This document shows positions 52,676 to 56,263 of a stretch of DNA of 56,263 nt, piece by piece. The position numbers and the translations under genes are program-made. The stretch is taken from NCBI GenBank assembly GCA_031362565.1, contig JANLSU010000082.1:1-56263 (forward strand), in the 5' to 3' direction. The DNA comes from a bacterium (GTDB lineage Bacteria > Krumholzibacteriota > Krumholzibacteriia > G020349025). The stretch's first letter is position 1, and every line of letters begins with the position of its first letter. Under the pieces are notes generated by a model. That model had not been told where the DNA came from. It ran no database searches and worked only from the letters and a program-made list of their open reading frames with translations.

Positions 52676-53193
52676 AATACATGCTGAGCGGCGCCTACCG
52701 CGGTCCCCTACTCGTGCGCCTGACTCTCTCCTGCACCCTCGTCTTCATCGCGCTGCTCTGGGTGACGAACGCGCTGCTCTATTTTCAGCACATGGGCCTG
52801 CAACCGGCTTCGGTCGTGCGCTACTATCTCGGCTCGGAACAAGACTTCACGGTGCCGCGCTCCTATGGCTCCATGCTCGAAGTGGCGCATGCGCATTTCG
52901 CCATGATGGCGATGGTGCTGCTGCTCCTGACCCATCTCACCATCTTCGTTCCGTGGCCGGTGCGGGCCCGCGTTGCGCTCGTGCTCGGGACCTTCGCGGG
53001 CGCGCTGCTGGAAGAAAGCGGCGGCTGGCTGGTGCGGTTCGCGGGACCGGAATTCGCCATCGTCAAGGTCGCCGGTTTCCTGGCGCTCCAAGCCGGACTC
53101 GCGATTCTGTTGCTGGGACTCACCTGGCACTTGAACCGGCGCCCGCCAATCACCGCCACCGGCGATACGGATCAGCGCGCCACGCAGGCGTAA
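52672..53193 (+). CDS. Four-TM His-containing membrane protein
   Basis: ATGA overlap; LEVAHAHFAMMAMVLLLLTHL; GGWLVRF. Confidence 0.7.
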   Translation: MKYMLSGAYRGPLLVRLTLSCTLVFIALLWVTNALLYFQHMGLQPASVVRYYLGSEQDFTVPRSYGSMLEVAHAHFAMMAMVLLLLTHLTIFVPWPVRARVALVLGTFAGALLEESGGWLVRFAGPEFAIVKVAGFLALQAGLAILLLGLTWHLNRRPPITATGDTDQRATQA

Positions 53194-56100
53194 AGCAGCG
53201 GCAGCGCGAACAACAGCAGCAATGTCGACACCGTGAAGCCACCGATGACGGCGATGGCAAGCGGCTGTTGCATTGCGGCGCCGGCGCCCAGGCCGAGCGC
53301 CAGCGGCAGGAGAGCGCAGACGGCGGCGAACGACGTCATCAGGATCGGACGCATACGGGCCTCGGCGGCGGCGACCAGCGCCTCGTGCAGCGAACGGCCC
53401 GCGGCACGCTCGCGTTCCGTCGCATGCAAGAAGAAGATGGCGTTTTCCGCCACGATCCCCACCACCAGAATCGCGCCGACGAAACTCGACACGTTGAACG
53501 CCACCCCGGTGACCACCAAGGCGGCGACCGTGCCACAAAGCGCTGGGATCGCGACGGCAAGCACGGAGAGTGGCGCCTGGATGGACCCGAACTGAAAGAG
53601 CAGAACCACGAAAACCAGCAACACTGCGGTCACGAGCACCCGCAGCAGGCCGCGGAAAGACTCTTGCTGGGTGCGAAATGTCCCGGCGTATTCGAGCGAC
53701 ACACCTTCCGGAAGCGGCAGCTGACGGGCGACGGCGCCGCGGATGGCGCGCACCGTGCTGCCGAGATCGCGGCCGGACAGACGCGCCGTTACCGCGACCA
53801 TCGGCTTCAGGTTCTCGCGTACCGTTTCGGTCTGACCCCGAGTCGCCGCCACGGTCGCAACAGCGTCCAAGGGCGTCAGGCCGCCGGCCGGGCTGCGCAG
53901 CGACAGGGCGCGGAGCGCCGCCGGATCGCTCCGCAGTGCGTCCGCCATGCGAGTCCTGACCGCGATTTGTTTGTCGCCACGGACAACGCTCGTTTCGGCG
54001 CGGCCACGCAGCGCCGTTTCTACCTGCTCGTGCACGTCATGCACGGTGAGACCCCAGGATGCGGCGCTCACCGGATCGACGCGGATCGCCAAGCTCGGGC
54101 CCGAAACCGTCACGCCGTCGAAAATATCCTCGACGCCGGGGACCGTGCCGATGATCGCCGCCAAACGCCGTGCCGTCGCTTCGATCCGCTCCTTGTCATC
54201 ACCAAACACCTTGATCTCGATCGGGGCCGGATTGTCGATGAGGTCCCCGATGACATCCTGCAGTTGCTGGCCGAATTCGATTTGAATCGCCGGTTGTGCC
54301 GCCTCGACACGCCGGCGCACGTCATCGATGACTTCGAAGATGGACCGTCCACGGTCCCGCCGCAGCTTCACGAGGATGTCGCCGCTGTTGGGCTCGGTGA
54401 CGAAAAAACCCAGTTGTGAACCCGTCCGCCGGCCATAACTCATGACTTCCGGCGTGGCCCGCAGCGCCGCCTCCAACGGGTGCAACATGCGATCGGTTTC
54501 GTCGAGCGAGGTGCCGGGGGGCGTCACGTAGTCGAGCACGAAAGCGCCTTCGTCCATGTCGGGCAGGAACCCGGACCCGACCCGCCCGTACAACAACGCT
54601 CCCACGCCGAGAAGTAGAACGAGCACCGGCACCACCGCCTTCGCATGCGGCAACATCCGGCGCAACTGCCGCGCATAGCGGCCCTCACCGGCCGCTTCGC
54701 GCTGTCGCTCGCGAGCCGCGGCCGCCTCCACGGCCCGCGTCCCGAGCAAGCGCTCCGAAACCACGGGGGCAAGCACGACCGAGAACAAGAACGACAACGA
54801 CAACGCGAAGACCATGGTGATCGAAAGGGCGGCGAAAAAGGCGCCGGCAATTCCACCCAAGAACGCGAAAGGCACGTGAATGACGAGCGTCGCGAGCGTC
54901 GAGCCGACGATGGCGGGCCACAAGTTGCTGAGTGCCGCTTCGGTCGCTGCGGCAAAACCGCGTTCGCGCGCCAGCGCGTGGAAGATCCCTTCGACGATGA
55001 CGATCACGTCGTCGATCACGAGACCGACCGCAGCCGCGATGCCGCCCAGGGTCATGATGTTGATCGTTTGGCCGATTGCGGACAGACAGCCGAGGGTCGC
55101 AGCGATCGTGGCCGGCACGACGAGCGCCGCCACGAGCGTGATCCGCACGCTGCGCAGAAACACCACGAGGACGCCCATCGCGAGAAATACACCCACTAGA
55201 ATCGCGTCGCGCGTGCCAGCGATCGACGCGGCGACGAATTCGGACTGGTCCATGTAGGAATCGACGTGGACATCGGGCGGCAGGCGCCGCTTCAGCCGCT
55301 CCATGGCGAGCCGCGTCTCGTGGGCGATCTGCACCGTGTTGCCGTCAGGCTGGCGCGTGACATCGAGAAGCACCGCATCTCGCCCCTGTGCCGAGGCCCG
55401 GACCAGGACGTCGGCGACACCCGGTTCGACACGCGCCACGTCGCGAACATAGAGCGGCGCACCGTCCCGGGCGGTCACCACGACGTTCGCAACATCTTCG
55501 AGGCCGGCGAGCGCGTTGTCGGTGACCGCCAGGTACAACTCATGGTTGGCGGTCACGACGCCGCTCGCCTCGCCGAGATTCGACGCCACGAGTGCATCGG
55601 CGACATCACGCGCGTCGAGCCCGTGAGCTGCGAGTGCCACCGGATCTGGAATCACGTGGATCTCGCGCGTCGCCCCGCCGGTCACATCGATGCGCCCGAC
55701 CCCGTCGACGCGGAGGAGCTCGGGACGCAGTGTGTACAGCGCCAAGTCGCGTAGCTCGACCGGGGTGCGCTGGTCGGACGTCAGGCTGAAGCCGAGAATC
55801 GGGAACACGGAGATGTCCATGCGCTCGGCCTGGAGCCCGACCGTCGCCGGCAGCGCGCCGCGCACCGCCGCGATCCGGCCATTCAGCATCTGTAGGGCCC
55901 GGTCGACGTCGGTCCCCCACGCGAACATGAGCGAGATCTCGGTCGAGCCGCGGCTGGTCTTCGACCGTACGGTGCGCACACCGGGGACGCCGCGGGCGGC
56001 CTCCTCGAGCGGCAGTGTCACCTCGATGCGCATGCGTTCGATGGGCCGCTCGCCGTCATCCGCGAGCACCACGAGGCGCGGAAAGGTGACTTGTGGAAAA

Positions 56101-56207
56101 AGCGCCACCGGCAGGCGCAGCGCAGCCGCCACACCGCCAAGCGTCAACACCGCCAGGCTGAACGCCAAAGCACGCCGGTGCTGGAGCACGAAGCGTGCGG
56201 CGTTCAT
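53172..56207 (-). CDS. RND efflux permease (AcrB/CusA superfamily)
   Basis: 1011 aa; LPVALFP, IMTLGGIAAAVGLVIDD, FLPDMDEG, RMRPILMT, QQPLAIAVIGG. Confidence 0.93.
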   Translation of the reverse strand: MNAARFVLQHRRALAFSLAVLTLGGVAAALRLPVALFPQVTFPRLVVLADDGERPIERMRIEVTLPLEEAARGVPGVRTVRSKTSRGSTEISLMFAWGTDVDRALQMLNGRIAAVRGALPATVGLQAERMDISVFPILGFSLTSDQRTPVELRDLALYTLRPELLRVDGVGRIDVTGGATREIHVIPDPVALAAHGLDARDVADALVASNLGEASGVVTANHELYLAVTDNALAGLEDVANVVVTARDGAPLYVRDVARVEPGVADVLVRASAQGRDAVLLDVTRQPDGNTVQIAHETRLAMERLKRRLPPDVHVDSYMDQSEFVAASIAGTRDAILVGVFLAMGVLVVFLRSVRITLVAALVVPATIAATLGCLSAIGQTINIMTLGGIAAAVGLVIDDVIVIVEGIFHALARERGFAAATEAALSNLWPAIVGSTLATLVIHVPFAFLGGIAGAFFAALSITMVFALSLSFLFSVVLAPVVSERLLGTRAVEAAAARERQREAAGEGRYARQLRRMLPHAKAVVPVLVLLLGVGALLYGRVGSGFLPDMDEGAFVLDYVTPPGTSLDETDRMLHPLEAALRATPEVMSYGRRTGSQLGFFVTEPNSGDILVKLRRDRGRSIFEVIDDVRRRVEAAQPAIQIEFGQQLQDVIGDLIDNPAPIEIKVFGDDKERIEATARRLAAIIGTVPGVEDIFDGVTVSGPSLAIRVDPVSAASWGLTVHDVHEQVETALRGRAETSVVRGDKQIAVRTRMADALRSDPAALRALSLRSPAGGLTPLDAVATVAATRGQTETVRENLKPMVAVTARLSGRDLGSTVRAIRGAVARQLPLPEGVSLEYAGTFRTQQESFRGLLRVLVTAVLLVFVVLLFQFGSIQAPLSVLAVAIPALCGTVAALVVTGVAFNVSSFVGAILVVGIVAENAIFFLHATERERAAGRSLHEALVAAAEARMRPILMTSFAAVCALLPLALGLGAGAAMQQPLAIAVIGGFTVSTLLLLFALPLLYACVAR

Positions 56208-56263
56208 GGCGCGTCCGTGACGCGGAGCCGCGTCGAGTCGGGCAACCCGTGCGCGCCGACGCC
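56204..56263 (-). CDS. 3' end of upstream gene, probably RND periplasmic adaptor (partial)
   Basis: ..GVGAHGLPDSTRLRVTDAP* with ATGA overlap onto RND start; identity inferred from position. Confidence 0.5.
   Translation of the reverse strand, partial: GVGAHGLPDSTRLRVTDAP

Overview
High-GC bacterial chromosomal segment with about 43 real genes. No tRNA, rRNA, CRISPR array or transposase was recognised. Exported proteins with FlgD-Ig/T9SS-like C-terminal domains and a short 'TWSxxKxLF' tail suggest an FCB-adjacent lineage such as Krumholzibacteriota, Eisenbacteria or Latescibacterota (inference). Left to right: exported beta-propeller protein, sirtuin, OM beta-barrel, two CTD-bearing exported proteins, rbsK plus nucleoside hydrolase, an exported hypothetical, a ubiquitin-like MoaD/ThiS plus BNR-propeller pair, tryptophanase, PFOR (nifJ) plus a DHODH-like flavoprotein, a complete alternative complex III plus caa3 oxidase operon under a Rex/CRP-type palindrome, an EgtUV/Opu-like ABC transporter beside egtD, tkt-pgi-gnd, a PHP/DUF3604-like exported protein, a C25 gingipain-family multidomain protein, arfB, ferredoxin, an orphan TatT-TatP pair, a Fur-box-controlled porin/FMN-binding/His-membrane-protein operon, and an RND permease. 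Best candidates for poorly described systems: (1) the Fur-regulated porin-flavoprotein-membrane module, (2) a two-class C-terminal sorting system, (3) the MoaD-BNR pair, (4) a 144-bp structured element with GGA-loop hairpins. All assignments come from motif recognition, not database searches. Starts were refined by RBS inspection.
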